The notes beneath the pieces are model-generated. The model searched no databases. It was not told the origin of the DNA and was given only the letters and a program-made list of their open reading frames with translations. This document shows, piece after piece, positions 34,701-47,500 of a stretch of DNA of 64,000 nt (the stretch's first letter is position 1; every line of letters begins with the position of its first letter). Made by a program: the position numbers and the translations under genes. The DNA comes from Stylophora pistillata. Its lineage: Eukaryota. The stretch spans positions 102,209 to 166,208 of the forward strand of contig NW_019218142.1 of the NCBI RefSeq assembly GCF_002571385.2. Reading direction: 5' to 3'.

Positions 34701-36812
34701 TACATCTTGCTGCAAAGTTAGTTGCCATTGAACAAAGTGGTCATAAGTTATGTCACTGGATTATCCCAAATATTGGTGTCTGTGTTTTTCTGACTAATAA
34801 CACTTACCACTTAAGTGTTTGACTGTTTTGGTCATCAAAACAGTAGCAAGTAGAAAACTTAGTTGTTTTTTCTGGTTTGTTTTGTTTATTCAGATCTTTC
34901 TGAGGTTATGCACAAAGTGCATGAAACATTTATCGCTCTGGCAGCCAAACTACATGAAATCCATGAAGCTGTGAAGGTAAAAATTCCAAGCCAAATGTTA
35001 TTTCATTGTTCTTTCATAGTGGTTGGTAGCTCATGCCGCAACAAGCTCTAGATAAAGACAGATAATGAGGAAAGTTCAGCCAGATTTCATTTGTTCAGTT
35101 TTCAGTGATCTTTCTTATCTGTTTCCTGTTTCTCAGATTGAAAAACAACAAACCAGGTTAACAACACTAATTTTGCTCCTGTTTCTAACATTTGATATTT
35201 TTATAATTACTCACAGTTGCAAAAAGAACATTACCTTAATTACAGAAGGGCTTACTTAAAGGACAGTACAGATATTTTCTCAAGCAGTTCAAAGGATTTA
35301 TCAAAGACCAGTAAGTGTTAAGCATGTTAGGTTCGGGGTTGTAGGCAGTGGAAACCGGTCAACTGTCTGACCATTTTGCTTTGGCTTCTCTGTGAATTGT
35401 GATCCAAGACAGAAAAAGGGAAGTTTTTAACTCATCCTAACATCAATATCTGGCTTAAAAACATTTCTCAAATGTGTCCCAGAATGCTGGAAGTCTACTT
35501 CTCAGAGTGCATTGCTAAAAAAAATACAATAGGCCATGCCTTCAAGGCAAGCATAATTCAATTCAGCCACTTACTCAGTTTGGATTATACACATACTACA
35601 TTTTCTAATGACAACACTGAAGGTTACAATTTTTTCTTTGGCTTTGTTGGTAACTATCTGTTACAAGCAGACCCCTACTGGCATGAAACAGGGTAAGGAG
35701 AAACAAAAAAGTAAGCAGACGAGTTTTCAGTTTTTCTTGTTTGAAATCACTGAACTACAAGTATTTCTACAAGTAAATGAAGTAAAACTTTCCATCCCTG
35801 GTGTTTAAATCATGGACACTTTTGTAAAGTAAATCATATACTTTTATCTAAAAATTATCAGGTACAGAACTTAGCCTTGGCCCCAGTCCTTTCAGGGTAT
35901 CATCCAACAACTCAGCCTTGGGTGTGGTAGCTACGGCAAATATGGCAGGTATGGAGAGGGAGTGTAAGTTTTACATAATGTATGTACAGTGTAGTCAGTG
36001 TGGTACAAACAAAGAACCATGACACAAAGAGCAGATTATCAGGGAGGGCACAAAATGAAGACTGACAAAGCATTGCCCAAGTTTTAGACATATTTTGAAT
36101 ACGAAGTAATTTCATAAGTAATTTGGATATATGAACCAAGTTGAAATGGTAAATTGGCCACTGTAATGATTACAAAAGCTGACGTTTCGAGCGTTAGCCC
36201 TTTGTCAGAGCGAATGACGAAGGGCTAATGCTCAAAACATCAGCTTTTGTAATCGTTACGGTGGCCAATTTACCATTTCAACTTTGTTGATATATCCAAA
36301 TTATTTCGTTACTCCCACCGACGCAGCCCCAAACAGTTTCTTTCGAAACTTTCAGCCCTAATTTCATAAATACTTCCCTTTTGTACTGTGGCTGCATTGA
36401 TATCAAATATTGCTTTTCTTTTGTTTTACAAGCTCCAACATTTGGCCTTAACACTCTTCAGACAAATACAACAGGTCTAGCAGGATCTTTAGGAGCTACA
36501 GGAACACCTTCCCTCAGTAATCCATTTGGGACCACGCCAGGACTTGGTGGTACTAATATAACAGGAGCCAGTACATTTGGGTCATCCCTAGGTGCTGGTA
36601 CTTTAGGAACCACTGGACTTGGTGCCTCTACAGGTCTCTCTGGGGGGTTTGGCACCCCATCTCTAGGGGCTCCATCAGGAGGAGCTTTTGGCTCCACAGG
36701 GACAGGCCTAGGAGGCAGCACATTTGGTGCAGGGACATCAGCATTTAGTGCACAACCTAGGTTTCAGCTTCAAAGGCCGCCAGCTGGGAACAAAAGAGGG
36801 AAAAGGAGATAA
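31708..36812 (+). CDS. NUP58: Nucleoporin p58/p45 (FG-repeat central channel Nup)
   Basis: Exons 31708-32369 (FG/Thr-rich), 32698-32754, 33291-33465 (KYVKEQK), 34246-34444 (ELKNAEIAQRT..LQHENVAPQEYF), 34894-34976 (ETFIALAAKLHEIHEAVK), 35137-35156 and 35246-35310 (less certain), 35862-35948 (GPSPF), 36433-36812. It ends FQLQRPPAGNKRGKRR, the conserved NUP58 C-terminus. Confidence 0.92.
33632..33995 (+). mobile_element. Full-length tRNA-derived SINE with a conserved central domain and an L2-like 3' tail
   Basis: A box TAGCTCAATTGGT and B-like GGTTTGAGCCC. The central gtcttcttggataagg..ccgtaggtcccgtctcc is shared with 61578-61952. The tail is tgtaaagcgcttgg..gctatataaag(att)n. A second head lies at ~33124-33166, next to a gap. 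Confidence 0.75.
36119..36350. mobile_element. Penelope-like inverted terminal remnant with two degenerate minimal hammerheads
   Basis: Arms 36119-36207 and 36215-36303 are reverse complements around a 7-nt spacer. Family consensus is GCT-CTGACGA-A-GGGC-TAAC-GCTC-GAAAC-GTC-AGC. Confidence 0.65.
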
Positions 36813-37766
36813 AAGAATGGCTGTGAATAGTTGGAGTGAGAAAAACTAGAACCAAGCCATATAGCTTGCATTAATTGACCTTTGCTTATTTCTTAGATTG
36901 TTGTAGTCTCTTTTGAGTACTGAAGTTAAAACAAGAGCATATTCTCGCCACATAGTGGTTATTCTCTTCTGCTCATAGATGTGTACAAATATGCGAATGT
37001 ATGTTTAAGATGTCTGTCCATTCCTGGACTTTTGATTCCTTTGGTTGTTTGTAGTGAATACTGCTAATCTCTTTTAGCTAGTTGGCATTAGAACATAGAT
37101 TTGTAATTTTTCGTAGAAATATTTAATTTTCTCTAATCAAAGGTACTCTTTTTTTCTCTACTTCCCTGACTTCATTTACACTTTTCACACTTCCCCAAAA
37201 TAAAAAGAGTTCCTGTTTACTGGTTGGTTGTTGTTTTCATGCAGCCTATATGAAAAAAAAATAGGCTTTCATACAAATGGAGTCTCGTTAGAGGGAGGGA
37301 GTCATGCTCAAGAGCAGAGGCGCGACAAAAGACGGTAGGCGTCACCTTTTGCGTTTTTTAGACCAGCTAAGGTTAGTGTAAGGTGGGCGTGAGTCGAATA
37401 TTAACTCCAGGAAGTGCAATTCTCGTGTGAGATAAAGAGCGCGGCAGAAACGACGGCAAGCGTCATTTTTTTCCGTGCTGGGCGCTCCTTTCGCCATCCC
37501 TTAGCTTGTCTAACAGACGCAACAAAAAAAATGACACCAGTTCGATATACTTGCTTTCGGTTACTTGTTCGTTATCGTTTTTAGACGGCTCGATACCCTC
37601 CCGAATTTTCTTAGCCCCAGTAGAGAAGATGAGATCTGGATACGAGCTTTCCGTAGAACTTCGTAGGGGTAGGGTGGGGGAGTTCCTATCAACTTGGAGT
37701 TGAGGTTCGGCCATGTGGAGAAGCGCCATCTTTTGGTATTGGAAGTACTATTCTGAAGATAAAGCG

Positions 37767-40700
37767 ATGAGGCCGCTGCTCGATTGCCTTTTCGTTATTG
37801 TGTATGCATCAGTCTCTGTCATGGCAAACGAGGAGTCTATAGGCAACACTACAGAGAGACCAGCAAAAGATAAATCATCGGACAAAGACGACGTACAGAT
37901 TTCAGTTTGTATCCTTTGACTACACGTTTTAAATAACGGTAACTTTTAATCAGAATCGAACCCTAAAATTCAAGTCACATTTACGTGTTTCCTTGACTTG
38001 AGTTTTTTCAGATCGTGCAATTTTCAAGCAAAAACGCGGAGAGCAAACTCTCGCTGCAGAGAGTATACTAAAACTCAATGACTACTCCAAACAATATAAA
38101 ATGGTTGAAATTGTTCTTGAAAAATTGTTTACGGTAAGTTCTAGGTCTTACTTGTTACAACCGAGGTTGAATTGAGCTTATCATTCACTAGCACTCTAAG
38201 AGTTTAATAAGTGTTGGTTAGAGACCTTGTTCATTGAAATGCAATTCCATTTGAAATCAGGTGACACTTCAGAATTATAAGTTTATTTTTAAAGTGGCTA
38301 TATTTTATATATTCATCTTGACACGTTTGATTCCCGTGAAAAGAGCACCAAGCCTCCTACGGGTTTGACGTGATCTGTTATGGGACTGTTGGCATACAGC
38401 ATGAATAATTTCTTCAATCCTTTCACTTCTAAGATCTCATTAGTAATTCTCCTTACTGTCTGCCATGCAATTCTTATGAGGTTAGTTCAGAGAAGTTGTT
38501 TTTCAATCAACCAACAATCCCCTAATTAAATTTTTTTTTTCATCACTTGTTTGCTTGATATTGTAAGGAGAAATTGTGCCTTGGTCACTCATGGGAGTTT
38601 AAGGGTGGACACATTGCCTGATTTAAAATTTTAGACCCAAAATTGACGTAATATTATATTTGTAATTATTTACATCTTATTTGTAGAAACTTAAAGCAGA
38701 TTTTATGATCAACTTGTTGTCATTTCTTAAATACATTTTACTTACCAAACATGACTTCTGTTTTTATAATTTATCCTTAAATTTTTTAACACAAGTCATC
38801 TTGCATGTCAGTTATATTAAAACAAGCCTTTTCTCATTTGCAGTTTGTGTATAAATGTAGAAACTTACTGATGTGATATCATTAATGAGTTTATTCTTGT
38901 GTATCAATCAGTAAAATATTTTATTCTCTGTTTGTCACACAGGTATTACAGGATGCAAAGGTGAAAGTAACGGCATCAAGTTATATACCTGGACAAGCAT
39001 TTCCTACAGAAAAATCAGAGTTAGAAGGTATTTAAATTCCTTCATTATCCACCCATGTTAGGTTTCATTGTAGTGCCATTACAAGGAAAATCTATAGACT
39101 GACTGAGGTAAAATGTTGAAAACCTGGGCCCGGTTGTTTGAAAGGGCGTTAAAGCTAATCTAGGATTAACAGTTGATCTTGGCTTAAATTTTCATTGAGA
39201 AGAGTGTGGATAAGAGCTAAAGGTTTTGTTGGGTCTTCTCTCAATACGATTCAGAACTAATGGGAAAAAATACAAAAGAAAAATCCCTTTGCAGACCTAA
39301 AGAACTTAATTTAAAATTTACACTAACCTGGGTTAGCTTAACCATGTTTTGAACAACCTAGACAAGGAAAAGGGGCTTACAAAAATGTGGGTAGGGTCTA
39401 AAGGGCCAGTTGTTAAAAGAAGGTCTAACTGAAACCACAGTTGTACACTCGTAAGCAGTGGCAAGGCTATGCTCTAAGAAAAATTGAAGAGAACCCAATG
39501 CTCTGAAACAGTGAAATCCAATGTGCCCTGCATATGCTTTTTAAGAAAAAACTAATATTCCTGAGTTGCCCAAGAGGAAAAGTAAGCTGTCAGGGCATCA
39601 ATGGACCACAGCCCCGAGTGGACCTTAGGCATGCACTGTAAGAGGGTTGATGTAATTGAATAAATGTCCTTCCGCTGTTAGCTTTTGGCCCTCTTGACTC
39701 TGTTCACAAAAATAAATGTTCAGATAAAAGCTTCAGCAAATTTTTGATTTTTTACAATTGATTTACAACAATTATTGATTTACAACAATTTTGAAGTTAG
39801 TTACAACAAGTGAAGTTTATTTTAAAGTTACCACAAATTCGAAGTTAGTTTCGAAAACAGTTTTGTTAAACCATGGCTAAACTTTGTTTGAACAACTAGC
39901 AATAAGCGCGAAAGTGAAAGAGAACTGAGAGACAAAAGCCTCTTAAAGTACCTTGCTCATTTCTCCCTCTCTTGTTCCATTTTGTTGCCCCCACAATGAT
40001 TTTATATTTATTTAAACCATTTCCAGCATTAGCAAACGTTTTGGAGAATACTGCCTTGTTTGGAGATATTCTTTTGCGATTGCCTGATGTAACATACAAG
40101 GTAAGATTTTACCATCATCATACAATAGAATAGTGTCTTGGCATTCCAAAGAAATCCATTTTTGAGTAATGTAAAAGGCAAAGTGCATTTTGTAGGTGTG
40201 AGTATAATAAACCTGGACTCATGCTTGATAGAAATCATCACATTTTTCAGTGTTTCATTACTTCTCAAGATTTTAGGGCAAAAAGAATTAAGATCTTTGT
40301 AAATTGTTTCATGTTCATTAATTCTTTTATTGTATTTCCTGAAGGTATACACCAAGTCCAAAGACTGGGAACTTTTGGCTAGATGGAGTTTAAGCTTTTG
40401 CAATGAAACTCAAATTTATGATGAAACAGACTCAAAGTTATTGTATTTGGTGAGTAATAGTTTAAAGGTGGGCATTGCTTTCTTCATGTGTGGGTGAACT
40501 GGAGCAAAAAATTTACTGCAGCTGTAAGATAAGTCCAGAAGTCTTCTACACAAGTCAAATTGCCTACATAAGAGCTCATCTCATTTTCCTTCACATAAAG
40601 GGATGGCAGTGGTGGTACCTATCCCCCTGTAATAGTGGACCATTGCAGGTTGGAATCTTTTTAAAAGGGGAGTGGGGTATACCTTGTCTCACCCAGGGTA

Positions 40701-42071
40701 TTTTGTAACTGATTGTCATTTCAACATTCCCACTGTTTCACTAAAAGTGACATTTTGTTGGCTGAGCAGTAAGTGATACATAGCAAGTTTATTCTCTAGT
40801 AAGTTTGATTCCTTTTTTGTTCAGTTGACTTCAAAGAAAACATTCCACAAAGAAAGGGAAGAGGGTCATTGACCCCCTCAGTTAGTCTACTGTGACAGTC
40901 AACCAGTAACCATTTCTACTCCTGGATGGAGAGAGAGGCATTGTGGGAGTAACAGGTCTTGTGCAAATTATAGATTTCTACTCGGAAACTGACCGCTACT
41001 CACTTAGGGCTAAGGATTTTTTAACTTTAAAGAAGAAATATGCTAGAACTAATAACTTAAAGTATAGTTTTTTCCATGGAATTACTGACCAGTGGAATCA
41101 ACTACCAGTAGACATTCGTGTTTGTGATAATGTAAATATTTTTAAGTCTTGAGTTAGGAAATTTTTCAGTGATTCTTAAGTAGCTATTATATTTATATAT
41201 TTTTAGGTGATTTTTTTTTTTATATGGGGTACAAGACTTCTTTGGAGTTCATCCTTTGGTTTTTTCATCCATAGATTGTAATATATAAATAAATGACAAA
41301 GACTGTACAATCTCTTGAGACTTTTCAGTCTGGCTTTGGTTGTTTGCAGGGTGGATATAACTCTATCCACTGGATAAATCGCTATCCAGAGGAAAGCGCA
41401 GTGTATTTTGGAACACTTATCCACCGGACAGCAATTTATCCACTGGATAGTGTTATCCGTTCTTTGAACAACCAGGGCCTGGACTACAGGACACCCATCT
41501 TCAGGGTACTACATTCCCCACTAGTTTTACATGAAGGCCTGAGTTGACCCACCTGACTGAACAATTGTTAGTCAGAATTTATTTGAGTGTCACTTGCAGA
41601 TTTCCTTGTCTTTTAAAATGAATTTTTTGTATTAATTTAATTATTTTCTTCTCGTCAAGTTCAACGAGACAAGGTGCTCAATATTCAAAGAAAGCCACAG
41701 CGGGTCTTTCGCTCTTTTCTACTCAAGATAATTTGTAGATGTGGCATGTTACAAAGTCAAGCATGCTATGCAATGAAATGACTACTGAGTTTGTTTCTTC
41801 CTTTTGTCCGTAGATGGCGCAAGAGTTGAGACTTGTACCAAGAGATCCAAACTACATTAATCCATATAGGAATGTTGGAAACAAAGAGGTTTGAGGAAAA
41901 TGCCCTTTTTTTTTCTTTTTGTTTTATTTTCATTGTTTTTAATATTTCTTACATGTTTTATTTTAACTTTAGAGTTTGAAAGATGCTGAGAGTAAAGAAC
42001 AGACTTTAAAGAAAAAGAAAAAAGAGAAAAAGAAAAAAAGAGGCCCAAGATTAAGCCATGCTGAATTGTAA
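37767..42071 (+). CDS. CCDC134: Coiled-coil domain-containing protein 134 (ER-lumenal), 233 aa, 7 exons
   Basis: Exons 37767-37908 (signal peptide), 38012-38133 (YRAIFKQKRGEQ..KQYKMV), 38943-39027, 40027-40100 (VLENTALFGDILLRLP), 40345-40449 (W..LARWSLSFCNET), 41814-41888 (MAQEL..YINPY), 41973-42071 (KKRGPRLSHAEL). Motifs match recalled human CCDC134. Confidence 0.9.
37909..38011 (+). other. U12-type (minor spliceosome) GT-AG intron, CCDC134 intron 1
   Basis: The 5' splice site is GTATCCTTT. The branch box TTTCCTTGAC at 37988-37997 has its A ~15 nt from the 3' AG. The phase restores the conserved Tyr codon. Confidence 0.85.
40975..41180 (+). mobile_element. 3'-terminal LINE (CR1/L2-like RT C-terminus) remnant
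   Basis: Translates as YSLR..YARTNNLKYSFFHGITDQWNQLP..VNIFKS, typical of non-LTR ORF2 ends. Confidence 0.6.
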
Positions 42072-42149
42072 TCATTTTTATTGTTAGGACTCCTTGTTGA
42101 AATAAAAACTTTTAGTTAGATTGTTGTGTTAAAGAAATAAAGCTTTGGT

Positions 42150-42347
42150 ACTTGTGATCTCACAGTGCCTCTCTTCACCCAGGTGTTTAAATGGGTACCG
42201 GCAATTTAATGCTGGGGGTAACCCTGTGATGGACTGGCATCCCATCCAGGGGGGGAGTAGAAACACTCCCAGTCGCTTCAAGCTACAGAAACCGGAGTTA
42301 AGCACTGGCCTAATGGGCCACTAGGCTCGTAAACAGACTTTACCTTA
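42150..42347 (+). mobile_element. 5'-truncated SINE of the same family as 60974-61268 (Nin/Deu-like domain), just downstream of the CCDC134 polyA signal
   Basis: gtgcctctcttcacccaggtgtttaaatgggtaccggc..gggggtaaccctgtgatggactggcatcccatccagggggg..ctttacc. Confidence 0.7.
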
Positions 42348-42564
42348 CTTGACTAATACCACTGGTTTTGGCATGGCATGGCCTGAGCCCAATTGCCTTT
42401 GTGAATCTGGTTATTAGAGGAAACCTTCCAAGTCAATTACCATTACTGCTTTGATTTTGTACTAGTATGCTACAGAACAGCAAAAATACAGACTTGAAAT
42501 ACAGACAGAAAGCAGAGCCAAAAAATGGCCACACTGAACAATCCAAGTGAATAAAGGCTGATAG

Positions 42565-42747
42565 TTTGTAAAGAAGCTGTTTGGGGCTACGTCGGTGGGG
42601 GTAACGAAATAATTTGGATATATCAACAAAGTTGAAATCATTATGGTAAATTGGCCACCGTAATGATTACAAAAGCTGATGTTTCGAGCGTTAGCCCTTT
42701 ATCGGAGCCAATTTACCATTTCAACTTTGTTGATATATCTAAATTAT
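42565..42747. mobile_element. Penelope-like inverted terminal remnant (family of 36119-36350)
   Basis: Reverse-complement copy of 36215-36350, followed by a short inverted arm (ccaatttaccatttcaactttgttgatatatc). Confidence 0.6.
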
Positions 42748-43510
42748 GAACAATCCAAGCTTTGAGTTGTTTTTTTATCCTTTAAGCAAAACTTTTTGCC
42801 CGACCACATTGTAACCGTTTTTATTCAACATGAAGGACACTTTTATAGTATGTGTCCATGACAAAAAAATGGTTTGGTTTGCATTTTATTCTTCTTTCGC
42901 ATGCACTTTATGCGACCAATATCACTCTCAGGTAACGTCGTATCAAAACGATGCAGTTTAAAAACTAGAAAATAAAGAGGAATAATGAATCCCTTATTGA
43001 GTAGTTTGACATTTAATAGGAACGGACATTTTGCTCATCTCGGCACCTACTTTTTCAATCCCTGAATGCACCTCCTGCCCGTATTATATGTTGAACCATC
43101 AACTAAGGTGTATGTAACAAGAAATACACAAATAATCAAATGTAAACCTGAAAAGATGAATGTAAAGAAACTCACAGAGATAGAAGCTTTGGGAGTTTCT
43201 GGCAGATACTTGCAACATGTCAGCCCCTTGCTAGATAAATGTTTGCTAGAATTGTATTTTTAGACCAATCTAAGTGAGTTTATGATTTGTAAAAAGTCAA
43301 GTTTTTCTGCAAAGCATGTCTTAAATCATTTTGCCACATTTATCAGGGCCACTTTTCTCTGTAACAATATTTATTTCAAGCAATGAATTCCTGGCAAGTT
43401 ATTTTCAGAATACCTATTTACATTTACTTATCAACAATAACATTTGACAAAAGGAAGGCATTCACTCATAACCATTTCTCTTTACCAAGCACATCTACAA
43501 ACACTGCAGC

Positions 43511-44264
43511 TCAACTCTGAATCTTGTGTGGATTGAAGAAGAAGTGAAGTTTGTTTGGAAGAGGTGTTATTGTTATTGCTTTCGCTTCAAATGGCTCCCC
43601 ATCAATTGAAAACCATGACAGCTACAAAGAATGAAGGAAACATTAGATACCCTATGTCTGCCAAAAGAGCTGCCGGGTCGAATGAATATTTTACCTACAA
43701 ATGTTCACACCACCTGAAAATAAAACTTCCATATACCTTTTCATCTTTTGGTTCCAATTTTAGCTGTTTTACCCTCAAAGATTTGCATCCTGAAATAGTA
43801 CATTTTAGTTATCAGAAGTAAATATGTAAATTACAGTGTCTTACAAAGATTTCCAAGCCTGGGAAAGTCCATAACAGTACAAAAGAGTCAACATGTAAAA
43901 TTACAATCAGAGATATAGTTTTCTTATGTGTGTTTGATGCAGCCAATCAGCTGCTGACACGTCCCTCACCTTTCCTGCCACTCATGAGATATCAAGTTAA
44001 TATACACTCAAAGAGAAATTCCATGTCTACAAGCACCCATTTATTTTATCCTCTATCTACAGTGGAACCTTAATTTAATGAAGTGCCAAGGGTCTGGAGA
44101 AATTGGTTCATTAAATGGAGGGTTTGTTACATCTAGGTTCTGCGGCATACATTTTGCTGTTCAGTAACCTTAGCCAGACTGTAACTGAGGTATTATTTGT
44201 TATACTGAGGACTATGATAAATCGAGGTTCCACTGTATCATTTAACAATTATTCCACGAGCGCA

Positions 44265-44297
<33 letters not shown>

Positions 44298-44449
44298 TGT
44301 GTAGTGCCGAGTTGGCTATAATCATCTCATATCCAACAAGCACGAGTGAAATAATCGCTTTATTAAAAAAAAAATGCCCCTAAGATATTAGACAAATCTT
44401 CTCAGCTTTATTTTATAAGAAGAAACCCGATGTTACAATGTACAAATAT

Positions 44450-44538
<89 letters not shown>

Positions 44539-47500
44539 TACTTCATAGTGAATGTATCAGTTAGTGATAACTACTACACATAGACCATTACTCTGTGACT
44601 CATCCGTCTGGAATTTATGTTGCTTTTCCTCTTTTTCCATCTTCCACCTGTCAGTTTGGAAGAAAAAAAAAATTTTTCTCAGTCAAGAAGCAACCTCTAG
44701 AATAACTCAATTTAATATTTTTACAACTAATGCATGATTTTCATACCTAGTGACTAATTAACCCTTGAACTCCCAAGATCTGATCATTAATTCTCCCCTC
44801 TAACTGCTACACATTTCCTTATAAATTGGTTATAAGAATTTGGTGTTCAATCAAGAGAACAACTTCCACCTGACAACTTTGAGTATTCTCAGTACTTGTT
44901 TGCTGGATGATATATGAATGTTATAGGGAGAAGTTACAGGTTAATCACTTCTAGTGATTCTAATTCTAAAAAGTTACTCCACTCTCTCAACCAAGTGAGT
45001 TGTAGAACTTTTTTCTGAGCCATCTGCTCATAAAATTGAACTTTTTACCTTGAAACTGACCTCCATATAAAAAGATAAAACATGGTTATTCAGCCAGAAA
45101 GACTTGACAATTAGGCAACATTCAGATTCCTAACCCCCCCTGGGCACAGACAACATTCAAATGTCTGTGGGTTGCTCAAGGGGGTAGATTTTGAAGCTTT
45201 GAATTGATCAGTGCATTACAGTTCAAACTAAAACCAACTGAGACTTGGTTACTCATAGACAATGAGCAGTTGCTGTGAACCCTTCCAAGATCTGAAGATT
45301 AATTCTCCCCTCTATCTGCTACACACTTCCTTCTAAATTGGTTAAGAGAGTTTGGTATTAGATCAAGATAACTGTTTGTCAGATAATGTATGGATATTAT
45401 GGGGAGAAGATACACGTCAATCACTTCTGGAAGTTACAGGGTTCAAAACATCAAAACTTTTAATTAATATGTAACCTACCCACTCTGAATGAACTCAGTC
45501 TTAGTGAGCTCTGATGGCCAGACATCTACTCTAAGGAAACCATCAGAAGTCTGCAAAATCCACCCGCAAATGAAAATATTACACTTACTATTATTTTGGC
45601 TCACACAAGAAACTAACAAACAGACTTAAGGTAACTGTTAGCATTTTCCTCTAAGTATAACATCGTGAAAACATTCCAAGAATGTCTCATACCAGGTAAT
45701 CTTCAATCCTATATGGCTCCACAGACAAGCCAAATGTTTGGATAGAACTGGTAATCCATCCATTACTGATGGTGCCGCAACTTCCTTCATTGTCAAGACA
45801 CCTGACTGGTGACTGGTTGAGGCTGTCACAGTTAGCAGTTGCAAAACTGTGGGACGTAGCTCCTTGCTGTGAACTTGATGGAATGTCTATTGACATGTCT
45901 TGTACTGACTGACTTGTTGGGTATGATAGTATTGTATCAATGAAAGGAGGCCAGTCCTACACAAGAAAAGCATAAAATGAAGTTTTTACCCTTTTTACAT
46001 GAAAACACTGTGCACACCTGATTGGCTGAAAACAAGTGCATTTTTCATGTAACACAAGTGCAAAGTTGTATTATTACTGCAAATTACCTTTAGAGCATGT
46101 GCTATCAAAATTTTGTCTGTCTTGACTTAGTGTGATGTTCTTTTTATGTAAATTATATAATAAGTAACGACAAGATTTCTTGTGCATTTTGGTGGAAATA
46201 AGCACAATGTAAAATTTTTCAAAGACTAGCCATTGCACTTGCCCTAAACAGGCTTGTGCAATTTTGTTGTCTTACAGAAATTTACTCCAGCCTGCTTATC
46301 ACCAAATTGCACTCGAAATCATGTTATTACCCACACAAACTCCTAAGTTTGGGNGGGGGGGGGCAGTGATGGTGCTAGCCATCAGATCTCAGGAGTGGAA
46401 GGGTTAAAGAGAATTTGATGCTACATCATGAAAACACCCCCCTTTTTTTGGAAATAAATTGCACAAGATTTTCACCACATGTGCACTGAAGAATTTAATT
46501 TTGAAATTTGCAGAAGTTATGTTCAGAATGTTTTGTTTGCATTGCGTGACGGCTCATGACGAGTGTGACTTGGCGGCCTTGCCTTATTCAGATTAGTTTA
46601 CCACGTGCAGAACGTTTTGGTGACGTTCTTTGTTTTTTTTGTAGTTGTCACAAGAAGCGAGTGGAGTTGTTAGTATTAAAACCAGAATTTCAGAGACCTT
46701 GTGTGAGTTAATTTGGTGTCACAGAAAACGTTTTCCACAGAACTTTTAGAAGTGAATGGCCCCTGGAAGTTACATGGTTTATAGCAAAAAAAAAATTAAC
46801 TCTCACTGTTACAAGCAAGTGCTACAAAAATGGGGAGAACATACGTTGAACATACCTTCATAGCTGCCACAAGATAGGAAAGTTTTCTTCTGAATGGGCC
46901 CACAATCCAAAATCTTCCTCAAATAATCAAAAAAGAGACTGATCAGAAATAAAAAAAAAACAGCATTGTAAACCTTGCAATTGGACATTTTCCTTTTTTC
47001 TCAGGGAGCACTACTGCTCTTTCCTGACTCCCTTGCCATAAGAACAAATTATTACAGGTTCAGCTTCATTTTGTACTCACAGTAATTGCCAGATTTGCAC
47101 ATACTTATCAAATAAGGGATCAAGGCAATAATACAGTTATTTGTAAATACCGTCATTGCAAATGTGGAACGACCTTCAGCACCCTTAATAGAAGCATAAA
47201 CAAAAACAACAACAACAACAACAATTTATTGATTTACAACAATTTTGATTATTGATTTACAGTTTACGATTTTACAATTACAATTTGAGAAGTGCCTGTA
47301 CCCACAATTAGTTGAAAATTAGTTGAGGCGGGTAGGTAAACACAACAGCATCTGTAAATTCAATGGGTAACAGAGCTAACATATTGTTTGTGAACAAAAA
47401 TGTTGTAATTCCTAAATATATTGATGTACAAAAGAATGTAGTAAGAAATTTCTATGCATCATAACTAAACCTTAATTTCCATAACATCCACTGGTTTAAT

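Noticed and set aside
35664-35693. Possible extra NUP58 exon with a strong GTAAGG donor
   Set aside because: The available acceptors give a phase incompatible with the flanking exons; direct 35310-35862 splicing is in frame.
37713-37766. In-frame upstream ATG extending CCDC134
   Set aside because: The extension would precede a good signal peptide starting at 37767 and probably lies in promoter or UTR sequence.
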